Shown: positions 1 to 9,686, counted from the stretch's first letter. The stretch is DNA of 41,270 nt from a bacterium (GCA_023249285.1 JAHFCZ010000001.1:14706-55975), one strand, 5' to 3'. Numbers and translations are program-made. The notes: generated by a model not told the origin, from the letters alone.

Positions 1-133
1 TTTTAAGAGCGTCGTCCACGTCTTCGTTGAGGAGGTCACTTTTTTCAAGGCTCTGACGGAGTTGTCGGAGATTATCAACAAGGGGGCTTTGGGAGGCGAG
101 ACTAACGCCAGCTGATGAGATTCCTGTGACCAT
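1..133 (-). CDS. hypothetical protein, N-terminal 44 codons only; the gene runs off the left edge
   Basis: ATG at 133-131 lies 7 nt downstream of AAGGAG (reverse complement of ctcctt at 141-146). The frame stays open to position 1 (MVTGISSAGVSLASQSPLVDNLRQLRQSLEKSDLLNEDVDDALK). It is not in the ORF track because it is truncated. No motif recognised. Confidence 0.45.
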   Translation of the reverse strand, partial: MVTGISSAGVSLASQSPLVDNLRQLRQSLEKSDLLNEDVDDALK

Positions 134-239
134 TATTGCTCTCCTTTGAATTTAGTATCCTACTGGCAATTATTCCCTTGGTCTGGGACCAATAAACTAG
201 AATTATACTGGCTCTGTTGAAAAATGCCCAAAAGGATTA

Positions 240-1103
240 TTACGGGATGACGGTGATGCCTAAAATATTCTGATCGAAGGCGAGGTTGGTGTTCAATGAG
301 ACACTGTGGATGTAGTGGATTTGGACAAAATAAAGGTCCAAAATGGTGCCAAAACTGTAGCGAGTGGGGGTGGCGTTGGCATCGGTGACAATGTCGCCAG
401 TGAGTATGAGATCCGGGTGGAGGGCGAGCTGGACTTGGGCGATACGGGTGTCTTGATCTATGGCAACACCTACCTGAAGCCCTTCATATCGAAGGCCGGC
501 TTCAAGCTCAAATCGTGTGGTTAAGGTCTCAGTGGTGGTGGGCCATTGGAGGTTGGAGGTCACCAAATCGCGTGTGTAGAGCCCCAACCAATAGTCTGGT
601 GTGCGCCACTGGATGCCAAGATCCCCTGAAAAGGCGTTGGCTTGGGTGTTGGCCAGTTGGGTATTGATCCAGGTGCCCACCATCCCGAGGCAGAGTTCAG
701 GTATAAATGATTTTGAAACGACCACTTTCCCGACCTGATATCCGTGGGTGAAGGTGCCGTGGTCCACGGGTCGGCCGTCGGTGGCATCGACCGCGAGGGC
801 GTCATTGGATTGGAAGCTCTGATAGCCGATCCCCAGTACCCAATCTCGCACGGGGAGGACGAGTGAGGCCGAAATAGGCAGGTAGCCGAGGTACTCGTTC
901 CCGGCATCAATTTTGAATTGGGTAAGGTCGGATTCGGCCACGCCGGCTGGATTTTGGAAAATGTGACCAATGGGTTCCCAGGCAAATGTTTCGGGGATGA
1001 CGGACCCCTTTTGAGGGGAAAATGGCAGGGTATCGGCCAGGACATGATGGCTCATGGCGAAGAGCAAACCCAGAAACAACATCCCTTTTTTGTGATTCAA
1101 CAT
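240..1103 (-). CDS. secreted protein, possibly an outer-membrane beta-barrel
   Basis: 287-aa ORF with a clear N-terminal signal peptide (MLNHKKGMLFLGLLFAMSHHVLA/DT). The rest shows the alternating hydrophobic/polar, Gly/Tyr/Thr-rich pattern typical of beta-barrel proteins. No specific family recognised. Confidence 0.6.
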   Translation of the reverse strand: MLNHKKGMLFLGLLFAMSHHVLADTLPFSPQKGSVIPETFAWEPIGHIFQNPAGVAESDLTQFKIDAGNEYLGYLPISASLVLPVRDWVLGIGYQSFQSNDALAVDATDGRPVDHGTFTHGYQVGKVVVSKSFIPELCLGMVGTWINTQLANTQANAFSGDLGIQWRTPDYWLGLYTRDLVTSNLQWPTTTETLTTRFELEAGLRYEGLQVGVAIDQDTRIAQVQLALHPDLILTGDIVTDANATPTRYSFGTILDLYFVQIHYIHSVSLNTNLAFDQNILGITVIP

Positions 1104-1139
1104 CTTTGTATTATTCCACCATTTTGAACTTTTTTAGCT

Positions 1140-1169
1140 TTGACATTTTTTGAGCTCAAGGCCTAGAAT
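1140..1169 (+). promoter_or_regulatory. sigma70-like promoter candidate for the ORF at 1226
   Basis: TTGACA (1140-1145), 18-nt spacer, TAGAAT (1164-1169). An AAGGAG Shine-Dalgarno sits 9 nt before the ATG at 1226. Confidence 0.35.
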
Positions 1170-1225
1170 CCCATCATTCACAAATGCAATTTCCCCACGT
1201 ATCACGATGTAAAGGAGTCTAACGT

Positions 1226-2650
1226 ATGGCTGTTAGTAGAGCGAGTTTAGGAGTAGAGAGTTTGGGCGCAGGATTGCGAGCGGTGCGAGCCACGGCTCAG
1301 GCCACGGCTCAGCAGGTGACTAAGACCAGTGTGCGAGAACTGTCAACGAAGGCGCCCAGTCGACTGTCGACAGAGGGTCGGATCCCCCCTGCCAAGCCCC
1401 CTGGTATTGTCCCTTCCGAGGCTGCCACCGTTCGCCCAGGTCATGGGCATCATTGGGTGCGTACCGCGGTTCCGCCAACGGAGATGGATGCGTTAGTGCG
1501 CCAAGTGCGCGAGGGGATCAAGTACGGTCCTTTTGAGTCTGACATTGATCGTCAAACGTCTCGTTCAGGGGAAGTGATAGTGCTTCGTGATTTCTTTCAG
1601 CCCACTGCATTGTCTCCTCAAGAACGTGTTGATATTGTCAACACTTGTCTTCTCATGCCAGGAGACCAGCCCCTCGAAGTGGGGACAGCGAAGCCTAATG
1701 TTAAGAAATACCCTGGGATGGATTATATGAGCGAATTGGTTCCGGATATGGTGGTGATGGCCCAGGCACATCCTGAGGTGACCCGACGTGAGATCCGCAT
1801 TTTGGTGTTGCCTACGGAGGGTAGTTTTTTACAAGGGATCAAATATGCGCAGACTTTGCTGGATGCAGGGTACCCGGTTCGTCTGACGATGCCTCAGGTG
1901 GTTTGCGGTGTGTATGCAGATGCTAATTTTGGAAGCCCTACACGACCCATGACCGCTGATACTGTGAACGATTTGTTTTTTAAGCTGGCTGCCGCACATT
2001 TACCTGGATTTCTTGAGTCTTTGCCGCCCAGTCAACGCGATCGGCTTGGGGTGGGCGTCTATGCGTCGGGGGCGGGGACAGATGCTGGTTTGACGTCTTA
2101 CGCGATTGATTTGCAAGGGAAGGCGGGTGAGTTTTATGGGAAGTTGACCCCTCATAACCCCGTGGGCTTTTATCCCAGCACGACGTTTGGGCCGCCAGAT
2201 CCAGCGGTTTGGGCTACCTATTTATTAACTGCTCAAAAGGCCCTAGCGGGCACGACGAAGGTTGAGCTTCATTTGCATCGTGAAGCAGGAGAAAGTGATG
2301 CCAATAACCAAGCGCGACTTGCCACTGCAGTTATGGTGGGATCCCAGCTATGTCAGACCCCTGTGTTTCATGTGAGTCCCAGCACAAGGGCTGGGGGGAC
2401 GCGTGCGAGCGTACCGGGGGGGAAACCCGGTGATGCAAACTTAGATCTGGTTTTCAAGCTCTGTGCGGAAGAGGTTCTTCATGGTGAGCTGAATGAGCCT
2501 GAGTTACGTTACGCGCTCCAGTTGGCGCGCGTGGTGGATTGGACATTGGGACATCACCTTCGACCCACAGTGGATCCTGATGCGCTTATGCGTGGCTTTA
2601 CATTGGGGAGACGAGTGGTCGATGATGCCCGAACGCAGGGTGCTATGTAA
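1226..2650 (+). CDS. hypothetical protein, orphan with no recognisable motif
   Basis: 474-aa ORF with a good Shine-Dalgarno. The N-terminus is Ala/Arg/Ser/Thr/Pro-rich and likely disordered. The stop is 14 nt before the folA start, suggesting co-transcription. Confidence 0.65.
   Translation: MAVSRASLGVESLGAGLRAVRATAQATAQQVTKTSVRELSTKAPSRLSTEGRIPPAKPPGIVPSEAATVRPGHGHHWVRTAVPPTEMDALVRQVREGIKYGPFESDIDRQTSRSGEVIVLRDFFQPTALSPQERVDIVNTCLLMPGDQPLEVGTAKPNVKKYPGMDYMSELVPDMVVMAQAHPEVTRREIRILVLPTEGSFLQGIKYAQTLLDAGYPVRLTMPQVVCGVYADANFGSPTRPMTADTVNDLFFKLAAAHLPGFLESLPPSQRDRLGVGVYASGAGTDAGLTSYAIDLQGKAGEFYGKLTPHNPVGFYPSTTFGPPDPAVWATYLLTAQKALAGTTKVELHLHREAGESDANNQARLATAVMVGSQLCQTPVFHVSPSTRAGGTRASVPGGKPGDANLDLVFKLCAEEVLHGELNEPELRYALQLARVVDWTLGHHLRPTVDPDALMRGFTLGRRVVDDARTQGAM
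1289..1312 (+). repeat. perfect 12-bp tandem duplication (gccacggctcag x2)
   Basis: Read directly from the sequence. It encodes ATAQ-ATAQ in the N-terminal region of the 474-aa orphan. Confidence 0.9.
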
Positions 2651-2663
2651 TAATAGGGGGATC

Positions 2664-3197
2664 ATGGGACGTTCTTTTCACATTATTGTTGCGACGGATT
2701 TAGCTCGGGGTATCGGGCATAATGGCCAGATGCCCTGGCAATTGCCGGAGGATTTACGACATTTTCGGGAGATTACGGCGACTGCTGAAGTCCCAAAGCA
2801 AAATGTGGTGATCATGGGACGAAAAACTTGGGAGTCTTTGCCGGCCTCGTTTCGGCCCCTTCCCAGTCGGATGAACGTGGTGTTGACCTCGGATTTGACC
2901 TATCCGCTGCCAGAAGGCGTGATGCGGATGTCGTCTTTGGAGGCGGCCCTGGATTGGGCGGAGACGCAATCTAACGTGGACCAGGTGTTTGTGATGGGGG
3001 GCGGACAATTGTACGCTGAGGCGATCCAGCACCCGGGATTTGATCGGTTGTATCTCACGCTGATCGCACAATTATTTGACTGTGACACTTTTTTTCCGGC
3101 CTATGAGGGGCTGACTCGGGAGGTGGAATCGGGGCGGATTCTGACCAGTGTATCGGGCTTGCAGTATCGGTTTGTGACGCGGGAAAATCGCCGATAA
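2664..3197 (+). CDS. folA: dihydrofolate reductase
   Basis: MGRSFHIIVATD...GHNGQMPWQLPEDLRHFREIT...VIMGRKTWESLP matches the DHFR signature. The internal ATG at 2664 is preceded by AGGGGG. The ORF-track start at 2493 would overlap the upstream gene. Confidence 0.9.
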   Translation: MGRSFHIIVATDLARGIGHNGQMPWQLPEDLRHFREITATAEVPKQNVVIMGRKTWESLPASFRPLPSRMNVVLTSDLTYPLPEGVMRMSSLEAALDWAETQSNVDQVFVMGGGQLYAEAIQHPGFDRLYLTLIAQLFDCDTFFPAYEGLTREVESGRILTSVSGLQYRFVTRENRR

Positions 3198-3203
3198 ATC
3201 TCC

Positions 3204-3232
3204 TTGATTACCGCGTTTATGCGTGGTATATT
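3204..3232 (+). promoter_or_regulatory. sigma70-like promoter candidate for clpB
   Basis: TTGATT (3204-3209), 17-nt spacer, TATATT (3227-3232). A TG lies one base upstream of the -10 box, giving an extended -10. Confidence 0.4.
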
Positions 3233-3271
3233 GTGGTTGCTGAGGTGCTTATGGAATGAGGAGGGGTTGCA

Positions 3272-5857
3272 ATGAAATTTGATCAATTTACAGTTAAGGC
3301 TCAAGACATTATTCAAAAAACCCAACAGCTGGCCCAGGAACAGGGGCATCAGGCGTTGGAGGACGTGCATTTGGCATTGGCTTTGATCCAAGTGCCGGAG
3401 ACGTCTGTTGTGCCGATTTTGGAAAAGGCCGGGGTGTCTGTCCCGTCTTTGTCCCGGCAATTGAGCGTGAAATTAGAGAAATACCCCAAGGTTCAGGGTG
3501 CGGAGCCCTATGCCGGGTCGAGCTTGAATAAGGCGGTGCAATTGGCGGAGTCCACGGCCCAGAAATGGGGAGATACGTATGTGAGTGCCGAGCACTTGCT
3601 CGTGGCGGTGATGGGGATCGATGGCGAGGCGGCACGGGTTTTCAAAGGCGAGGGATTGAAGCCTGAGGTTTTAACCACAGCGGTACAGGCGGTGCGCGGG
3701 ACTGCGAAGGCGGATAGCCCGGACCCAGAAGGGAAGTACCAGGTGCTGCAAAAATTCACAGTGGATTTGATTGAAAAGGCCACCAAGGGCAAGCTGGACC
3801 CTGTCATTGGGCGCGATGAAGAAATCCGTCGGGTCATTCAGGTGCTCTGTCGCCGAACGAAAAACAATCCGGTTCTGATCGGGGAGCCTGGGGTTGGGAA
3901 AACGGCGATTGTGGAGGGCTTGGCCCAGCGGATTGTCTCTGGGGATGTGCCGGATCTACTTAAAAATAAACAATTGTTGTCCCTGGATATGGGATCCCTG
4001 ATTGCGGGGGCCAAATATCGCGGAGAATTTGAAGATCGTCTCAAGGCCTTGTTAAAGGAAATCCAAAAGGCAGACGGGGCGGTGATTTTATTTATCGATG
4101 AGCTGCATACGCTGGTTGGGGCGGGGGCGGGGGAAGGGGCCGTGGATGCGGCCAATATGCTCAAGCCGGCCTTGGCTCGCGGGGAATTGCGCTGTATTGG
4201 TGCGACTACCTTGGATGAATATCGTAAATATATCGAAAAAGATGCTGCGCTAGAGCGCCGGTTTCAGCAGGTTTTTGTGGGTGAGCCGAACTTGAAAGAC
4301 ACCATCGCTATCTTGCGGGGGCTCAAGGAAAAGTACGAGCTGCATCATGGGGTGAAAATCCGAGACGATGCCTTATTGGCGGCGGCCCGCTTGTCCCATC
4401 GCTATATTGCCGATCGGTTTTTGCCGGATAAGGCGATTGATTTGATGGATGAGGCGGCGTCGAAACTGCGGATTGAGATTGATAGTATGCCGGAGGAAAT
4501 CGACGAGATTGAGCGAAAAGTGATCCAGCTTGAAATCGAAAAACAGGCCCTTAAAAAAGATGAAAGTAAGGCGGCGGTGGCCCAATTGGAAGACTTGGAC
4601 AAAACGCTGGCGGAGCTTAAGTCTAAAAGTGGGGCTTTAAAAGCCCATTGGCAACATGAAAAATCGATTATCGATACGATTCGACAGACCAAGGGCAACA
4701 TTGAACAGGCGAAGTTGGAAGAGGTCTCTGAAGAGCGTAAAGGGAATTACGAAAAGGTATCTGAAATTCGATTTAAGACCCTCATTGAACTCCATAAGGC
4801 GTTAGAAGACGCGACAGCACGATTGGCCGAGGCACAGGCCAGCCAAAAAATGCTAAAGGAAGAGGTGGATGAGGAGGATATCGCGGATATTGTCTCCAAG
4901 TGGACAGGGATTCCGGTGTCGAGCCTGATGCAAGGTGAAAAAGACAAACTCTTGCACGCGGAATCCTTTTTGAATGCCCGTGTCGTGGGGCAGGATCATG
5001 CGATTGATAAGGTGGCGAACGCTATTCGACGGTCACGTTCGGGTCTCTCGGATCCGCAGCGCCCGATCGGGAGCTTTTTGTTTTTGGGGCCAACGGGGGT
5101 GGGGAAAACCGAGTTATCCAAGGCCTTGGCCGAGTTTTTGTTCGATACTGAAAAAAGCATGGTGCGAATTGATATGTCGGAGTACATGGAAAAGCATTCG
5201 GTGTCACGCTTGATTGGGGCGCCTCCGGGGTATGTGGGCTATGGCGAGGGTGGGCAGTTGTCCGAGGCTGTGCGACGTCGACCGTATAGCGTGGTGCTTC
5301 TGGATGAAATTGAAAAAGCGCACCCCGATGTGAGTAATGTCTTGCTCCAGATCTTGGATGACGGGCGGTTAACGGATGGGCAGGGTCGGACGGTGGATTT
5401 CAAAAATACAATCATCATTATGACCTCGAATCTGGGCTCTTCCATTATCCACAGTGGGGATACGGAAGCCGAGGTTGAAACCAAGGTCTCCGAAGTCCTG
5501 CGTGCCCATTTCCGCCCAGAGTTTTTGAATCGAATCGAGGACATTGTGATCTTCCATGCATTGGACAAAGATCAATTGGTCCAGATTGTGGACATTCAAT
5601 TACAGGGCTTGCAAGCACGGTTAGCCGAGCGGCATCTTAGCCTTCAGGTGACGAATGCTGCAAAACGATATCTGGCTGAAGTGGGTTTTGACCCCGTTTT
5701 TGGCGCTCGGCCCCTCAAGCGAACGATTACCCAGCTCATCCAAAATCCACTCGCCTCCAAGCTCCTTCTTGGGGAGTTTAAGGAGGGGGATGTGATTGTG
5801 GTGGATGTGCATGAGGATGGGAATGTGGGTGGCCTCAAATTCGGATCTTCGATATAA
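3272..5857 (+). CDS. clpB: ATP-dependent chaperone/disaggregase ClpB
   Basis: 861 aa with two AAA+ modules (Walker A GEPGVGKT and GPTGVGKT), a long coiled-coil middle domain and a Clp N-domain. Confidence 0.97.
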   Translation: MKFDQFTVKAQDIIQKTQQLAQEQGHQALEDVHLALALIQVPETSVVPILEKAGVSVPSLSRQLSVKLEKYPKVQGAEPYAGSSLNKAVQLAESTAQKWGDTYVSAEHLLVAVMGIDGEAARVFKGEGLKPEVLTTAVQAVRGTAKADSPDPEGKYQVLQKFTVDLIEKATKGKLDPVIGRDEEIRRVIQVLCRRTKNNPVLIGEPGVGKTAIVEGLAQRIVSGDVPDLLKNKQLLSLDMGSLIAGAKYRGEFEDRLKALLKEIQKADGAVILFIDELHTLVGAGAGEGAVDAANMLKPALARGELRCIGATTLDEYRKYIEKDAALERRFQQVFVGEPNLKDTIAILRGLKEKYELHHGVKIRDDALLAAARLSHRYIADRFLPDKAIDLMDEAASKLRIEIDSMPEEIDEIERKVIQLEIEKQALKKDESKAAVAQLEDLDKTLAELKSKSGALKAHWQHEKSIIDTIRQTKGNIEQAKLEEVSEERKGNYEKVSEIRFKTLIELHKALEDATARLAEAQASQKMLKEEVDEEDIADIVSKWTGIPVSSLMQGEKDKLLHAESFLNARVVGQDHAIDKVANAIRRSRSGLSDPQRPIGSFLFLGPTGVGKTELSKALAEFLFDTEKSMVRIDMSEYMEKHSVSRLIGAPPGYVGYGEGGQLSEAVRRRPYSVVLLDEIEKAHPDVSNVLLQILDDGRLTDGQGRTVDFKNTIIIMTSNLGSSIIHSGDTEAEVETKVSEVLRAHFRPEFLNRIEDIVIFHALDKDQLVQIVDIQLQGLQARLAERHLSLQVTNAAKRYLAEVGFDPVFGARPLKRTITQLIQNPLASKLLLGEFKEGDVIVVDVHEDGNVGGLKFGSSI

Positions 5858-5864
5858 TTTTCCC

Positions 5865-6305
5865 ATGATTTTGCAAGTGAGAATGTTTCCGGACCCGGTT
5901 TTACGGCAAGTTTGTGAGCCTGTTACGGTTTTTGATGCGGCCTTTTTGAAGACCGTGAATGATATGTTTGAGACCATGCACTACTTCAAAGGCGTGGGGT
6001 TGGCGGCGTCTCAGGTTGGCATTTTGAAACAATTTTTAGTGTTAGAATATGAGGGTCGTCGCTTGATTCTGACGAACCCGGTGATCACTGCGAGCTTTGG
6101 TTCTACGGTTGAAGAGGAAGGCTGTTTGAGCTTGCCCAACGTTCGCGTACCGGTGACTCGTGCCCATAAAGTAGAGGTCTCGGCAGTGAGTAAAGTGGGG
6201 AAGCCGTTTAAGCTTAAAGAAAAAGGGTTTATTGCCCGGATTATTCAACACGAAATCGATCATTTACACGGTCGACTGATCACCGACCATACGCCCCTCC
6301 CTTAA
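5865..6305 (+). CDS. def: peptide deformylase
   Basis: All three PDF motifs are present: GVGLAASQVG, EGCLS and QHEIDHLHG. The start is placed at the ATG at 5865 (MILQVRMFPDPVL). Confidence 0.93.
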   Translation: MILQVRMFPDPVLRQVCEPVTVFDAAFLKTVNDMFETMHYFKGVGLAASQVGILKQFLVLEYEGRRLILTNPVITASFGSTVEEEGCLSLPNVRVPVTRAHKVEVSAVSKVGKPFKLKEKGFIARIIQHEIDHLHGRLITDHTPLP

Positions 6306-6313
6306 AGGATAAT

Positions 6314-6658
6314 TTGATGTTAGTCACGATGTATCATTCCAAAATTGCCTACGCCACCGTTACGCAGACGGATTTGTTTTATGAGGGGAGCATCACGATT
6401 GATGAAGATTGGCTGGATGCCGCCAAGATTCGACCTTACGAGCAGGTGCATGTGGTGAACTTAAACAACGGTGAGCGGTTGATCACCTACACCATTCCCG
6501 GCACGCGTGGTAGTCAGATTATTGGCCTCAATGGCCCGGCGGCGCGGCAGGGTGCTGTGGGGGATTTGCTCCACATTATCTCTTACATTCAAATTGATCC
6601 CACTACTGAATCGGTAACACCTACCGTCTTAGATTTAAAGAGAAAGGCGATGTTGTAA
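6314..6658 (+). CDS. panD: aspartate 1-decarboxylase proenzyme
   Basis: HSKIAYATVTQTDLFYEGSITIDEDWLDAA...NGERLITYTI...GLNGPAAR is the PanD pattern, including the G-S self-cleavage site (YEGSI). The start is either TTG 6314 or ATG 6317. Confidence 0.93.
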   Translation: MMLVTMYHSKIAYATVTQTDLFYEGSITIDEDWLDAAKIRPYEQVHVVNLNNGERLITYTIPGTRGSQIIGLNGPAARQGAVGDLLHIISYIQIDPTTESVTPTVLDLKRKAML

Positions 6659-6662
6659 AATG

Positions 6663-6731
6663 CCCAAATTTCTCAATTTTCGGCTTCCTCATTTGGAAGA
6701 ACCAAACCGCGTCAGCCGAGAAATTGAGTCT
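6663..6731 (+). repeat. imperfect inverted repeat (hairpin) whose right arm is copy A of a 26-bp repeat
   Basis: ctcaattttcggc (6671-6683) pairs with gccgagaaattgag (6715-6728), with one bulge. An inner cttcc/ggaag hairpin is present and a T-rich tail follows. It lies just downstream of the panD stop, so it may act as a terminator. Confidence 0.55.
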
Positions 6732-6803
6732 TTGTTCATTTTTCTAACATCATGTTTTCGACTATTGTTTTTTAGATTTTTTTATCAAAAAGGATAAATT
6801 AGG

Positions 6804-8099
6804 ATGTCCACTTTATACCCCGTTTCATTGACCACTTCCCCCGAAGGCCCGATGTGTTTGGCGGATATTCCGTTGCCGAAGTTGGCGGCCAAATATGGCA
6901 CGCCGTTGTACGTGATGGACCGCGAGACGTTGGCCAAAAATTGCCGCGATTATACCCAGGCCTTGGCCAAATTTTATCCCAATTCCTTGGTGGTGTTTGC
7001 AGGGAAGGCGAACCTCAATTTGGGGCTATTGAATATTTTGGCCCAAGAACATTTGGGGGTGGATGTGGTCTCGGGCGGCGAGCTTTTTACGGCTTTGCGG
7101 AGCAAAATCCCGGCCCAGCACGTCTTGTTCCATGGCAATAACAAGTCCAGTAGTGAGCTTGAAATGGCGATCCGGCACGGGATTCGCATCATGGTGGATC
7201 ACGAAGAGGAGCTCGTCCAGATTCTGGGGTTGGCCAAAACCTTGGAAAAAACCGCTCAGATTATGTTGCGCTTGAAACCCGAAATTGAAGCGCATACCCA
7301 CGATTACATTAAGACCGGGCACATTGATTCCAAGTTTGGGCTTGATAAGCGGGATTTGATTCGGTTGGTGAACTGGATTAAATCGGAGCCCAGCCTCCAT
7401 TTGAAGGGGTTGCACAGCCATATTGGGTCTCAGATTTTTGACTTGGAGCCCTTTGAAGACTTGGCGCAAATCATGACTCAGCACATGGCCACGGTGAAAG
7501 CGGAATGCGAGATCGAATTGGAAGAGCTGAATCTGGGCGGCGGGATTGGGATTCAATACACCACCCAGGATGATCCCCCCTCGATTGGGTTGTACATTGA
7601 AAAATTGACCACAAAATTGAAGGCTTGTTGTGCTGAGTTGGGGATCGCCCAGCCAAGACTGATCTTGGAGCCTGGCCGTTCGATTGTTGGGACGGCAGGG
7701 GTGACCTTGTATTCCGTTGGGGCGGTGAAATCGATTCCGGGGATCAAAGATTATGTCTTTGTGGATGGTGGCATGGCTGATAATCCACGCCCGATGATGT
7801 ATCAAGCCCAATATACGTTTTCAGTGGCGGATAAGCCGCATGAAACGCCGAGTCGGATCTACACCATTGCTGGGAAATATTGTGAGTCTGGGGATATCTT
7901 GGCCAAGGATGTTAAACTCCCCGAAGTGAATGTGGGTGACACGTTGGTTGTTTTTGACACAGGGGCCTATAACTACAGCATGGCCTCGCATTATAATCGC
8001 AGTGCTAAGCCCGCGATGATTGTGGTCGAGAATGGCCAGGATCGGGTCTTGGTTCGACGTGAAACATACGAAGATCTGCTACGCTATGATGAGGAGTAA
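6804..8099 (+). CDS. lysA: diaminopimelate decarboxylase
   Basis: 431 aa with fold-III PLP decarboxylase motifs (FAGKAN, HSHIGSQ, GGGIGI, EPGRSIVG, CESGD). Length and C-terminus are typical of LysA. Confidence 0.92.
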   Translation: MSTLYPVSLTTSPEGPMCLADIPLPKLAAKYGTPLYVMDRETLAKNCRDYTQALAKFYPNSLVVFAGKANLNLGLLNILAQEHLGVDVVSGGELFTALRSKIPAQHVLFHGNNKSSSELEMAIRHGIRIMVDHEEELVQILGLAKTLEKTAQIMLRLKPEIEAHTHDYIKTGHIDSKFGLDKRDLIRLVNWIKSEPSLHLKGLHSHIGSQIFDLEPFEDLAQIMTQHMATVKAECEIELEELNLGGGIGIQYTTQDDPPSIGLYIEKLTTKLKACCAELGIAQPRLILEPGRSIVGTAGVTLYSVGAVKSIPGIKDYVFVDGGMADNPRPMMYQAQYTFSVADKPHETPSRIYTIAGKYCESGDILAKDVKLPEVNVGDTLVVFDTGAYNYSMASHYNRSAKPAMIVVENGQDRVLVRRETYEDLLRYDEE

Positions 8100-8102
8100 C
8101 GC

Positions 8103-8885
8103 TTGACCTTTCACTGGACTTGGTTGATTCAAATTGTTGATATTCTCATTGTATTTTTGGTGACGTATCGGGTCTTGGTCTGGGCCAAAGGCACGCATTC
8201 CGGGCCTTTGATTCGCGGGATCTTGAGTATTGTGGTGATCTATGGGATCAGCCAATTCCTCCATTTGACGACCTTGAATTGGATTTTAGCGAAGCTGGCC
8301 ACTGTTCTTATTTTGATCACGATTATCATTTTCCAGCCCGAGCTACGCCGATTTTTGGAACGGGTGGGCAGCGGGTCTTTGTTTCATTCTGTTCTAAATA
8401 CGCAGTCCAAAGACGGGTATAATACGACCTTGATCAAGCAATTGCTCAAAGCGGTGGAGCTCCTGTCCCGAGAAAAAATTGGGGCTTTGATTGTGATTGA
8501 GGTGGGGACGAGCCTGTCGGAGTATATTCAATCTGGGATCCCGGTGAATGGGACGATTTCTGGGGATTTATTAAGTACGTTGTTTTGGCCAAAATCGCCG
8601 ACCCATGATGGCGCGGTGATTATCCGTGGCGATCATATTGAGGCTGCCGGGTGTTTGTTGCCACTCACAGATACGTTGCTGACAGATCGACGTTTGGGGA
8701 CCCGGCACCGGGCTGCGATTGGGGTGTCTCAATTGACGGATGCGCTGGTGATTGTGGTGTCTGAAGAATCAGGGGTGATTTCTTTGGCGGAAGGCGGGAA
8801 TCTTACCCGATATTTGACCCGGGAAGCGTTGGAGACCCGATTGTTTAACATGTATCGTGAAACCGGTGAAAGTTTTGAGGTGTAA
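8103..8885 (+). CDS. cdaA: diadenylate cyclase (c-di-AMP synthase), CdaA/DacA type
   Basis: TTG start. The N-terminus has three predicted transmembrane helices. The DAC domain carries DGAVII, TRHRAAIG and VVSEESGVISLA. Confidence 0.88.
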   Translation: MTFHWTWLIQIVDILIVFLVTYRVLVWAKGTHSGPLIRGILSIVVIYGISQFLHLTTLNWILAKLATVLILITIIIFQPELRRFLERVGSGSLFHSVLNTQSKDGYNTTLIKQLLKAVELLSREKIGALIVIEVGTSLSEYIQSGIPVNGTISGDLLSTLFWPKSPTHDGAVIIRGDHIEAAGCLLPLTDTLLTDRRLGTRHRAAIGVSQLTDALVIVVSEESGVISLAEGGNLTRYLTREALETRLFNMYRETGESFEV

Positions 8886-8886
8886 G

Positions 8887-9684
8887 ATGGCCCATTTTCC
8901 GGCTATTTTAAAATCCAAAAAACAAGCGAACCAGCGCATTACCATGCTCACGGCCTATGATGCGATGGTGGCGACCCTGATTGCGAAGGCCGGGGTAGAT
9001 GTGATTTTGGTGGGGGATTCCCTGGGGAATACCTTTGCGGGGCATGCGACTACCTTGCCCGTGACCATGGATCAGATGGTGTATCACACGCAAGCGGTGG
9101 TCAGAGGCGCGCCAGATGCCCTTGTGATCGCCGATATGCCCTTTTTGAGTTACCAGTCGTGTATTCCCACCGCTATTGCCAATGCGGGTCGTTTTTTGAA
9201 GGAAGCAGGGGCTCAGGGCGTCAAGCTGGAAACGGCTGCTGCACAAGTGGGGACGGTGCAGGCGTTGACGGAGGCGGGTATCCCCGTCATGGCCCATGTG
9301 GGGTTATTGCCCCAATCGGTGAATCAACTGGGCGGCTATGCGTACCAGGGAAAAACGGATGCTGAGGCGATCCGCTTGGTGGGCCTTTGTCTTGACTTGC
9401 AGACGGCGGGGGCTTTTGCGATTGTGCTCGAATTGTTGCCTGCTGCGTTGGCCGCTGAGATTACTCAGGCGCTGGAGATCCCGACGATCGGGATTGGTGC
9501 CGGGCCAAACTGTGATGGCCAGGTGCTGGTGATTTCGGATTTGTTGGGGTTACAAGATCGTAAGCTACCCGGCTTTGTCAAACCGTATGCCAGCCTCCAT
9601 GCTCCCATTCTGTCTGCTATTTCCCAATTCAAATCTGAGGTGGATTCTGGGGTATTCCCTGGGACGGGCTATACCCGAAAGTAG
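8887..9684 (+). CDS. panB: 3-methyl-2-oxobutanoate hydroxymethyltransferase
   Basis: ITMLTAYDA...VGDSLGN...ADMPF...VKLE...MAHVGLLPQ is the PanB pattern. The ATG at 8887 is 1 nt after the cdaA stop. Confidence 0.93.
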   Translation: MAHFPAILKSKKQANQRITMLTAYDAMVATLIAKAGVDVILVGDSLGNTFAGHATTLPVTMDQMVYHTQAVVRGAPDALVIADMPFLSYQSCIPTAIANAGRFLKEAGAQGVKLETAAAQVGTVQALTEAGIPVMAHVGLLPQSVNQLGGYAYQGKTDAEAIRLVGLCLDLQTAGAFAIVLELLPAALAAEITQALEIPTIGIGAGPNCDGQVLVISDLLGLQDRKLPGFVKPYASLHAPILSAISQFKSEVDSGVFPGTGYTRK

Positions 9685-9686
9685 CC

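Noticed and set aside
2493-2663. N-terminally extended ORF-track starts for folA (2493), def (5796), panB (8857), the GT1 gene (16422), the acyltransferase (20483), the first SMR-like gene (35504), aspC (36202) and capA (28845).
   Set aside because: The extensions overlap the upstream gene and add non-homologous residues. Internal ATGs sit at the positions where the conserved family N-termini begin, mostly with a Shine-Dalgarno or translational-coupling signal.
6659-6803. Possible lysine riboswitch (L-box) or other leader upstream of lysA.
   Set aside because: At 145 nt the region is shorter than an L-box and I could not recognise the conserved L-box core. The visible hairpin is better explained as the panD terminator or repeat element.
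7026-7811. 261-aa minus-strand ORF inside lysA, plus similar long antisense or alternate-frame ORFs at 560-1045, 3309-3635, 10767-11207, 23577-24146, 27180-27611, 33136-33666, 33587-34051 and 37184-37642.
   Set aside because: Each lies wholly within a strongly supported gene on the opposite strand or in another frame. Their translations are Arg/Pro/Gly/His-rich and low in complexity, and none has a motif or Shine-Dalgarno. These are typical shadow ORFs of a moderately GC-rich, strand-skewed genome.
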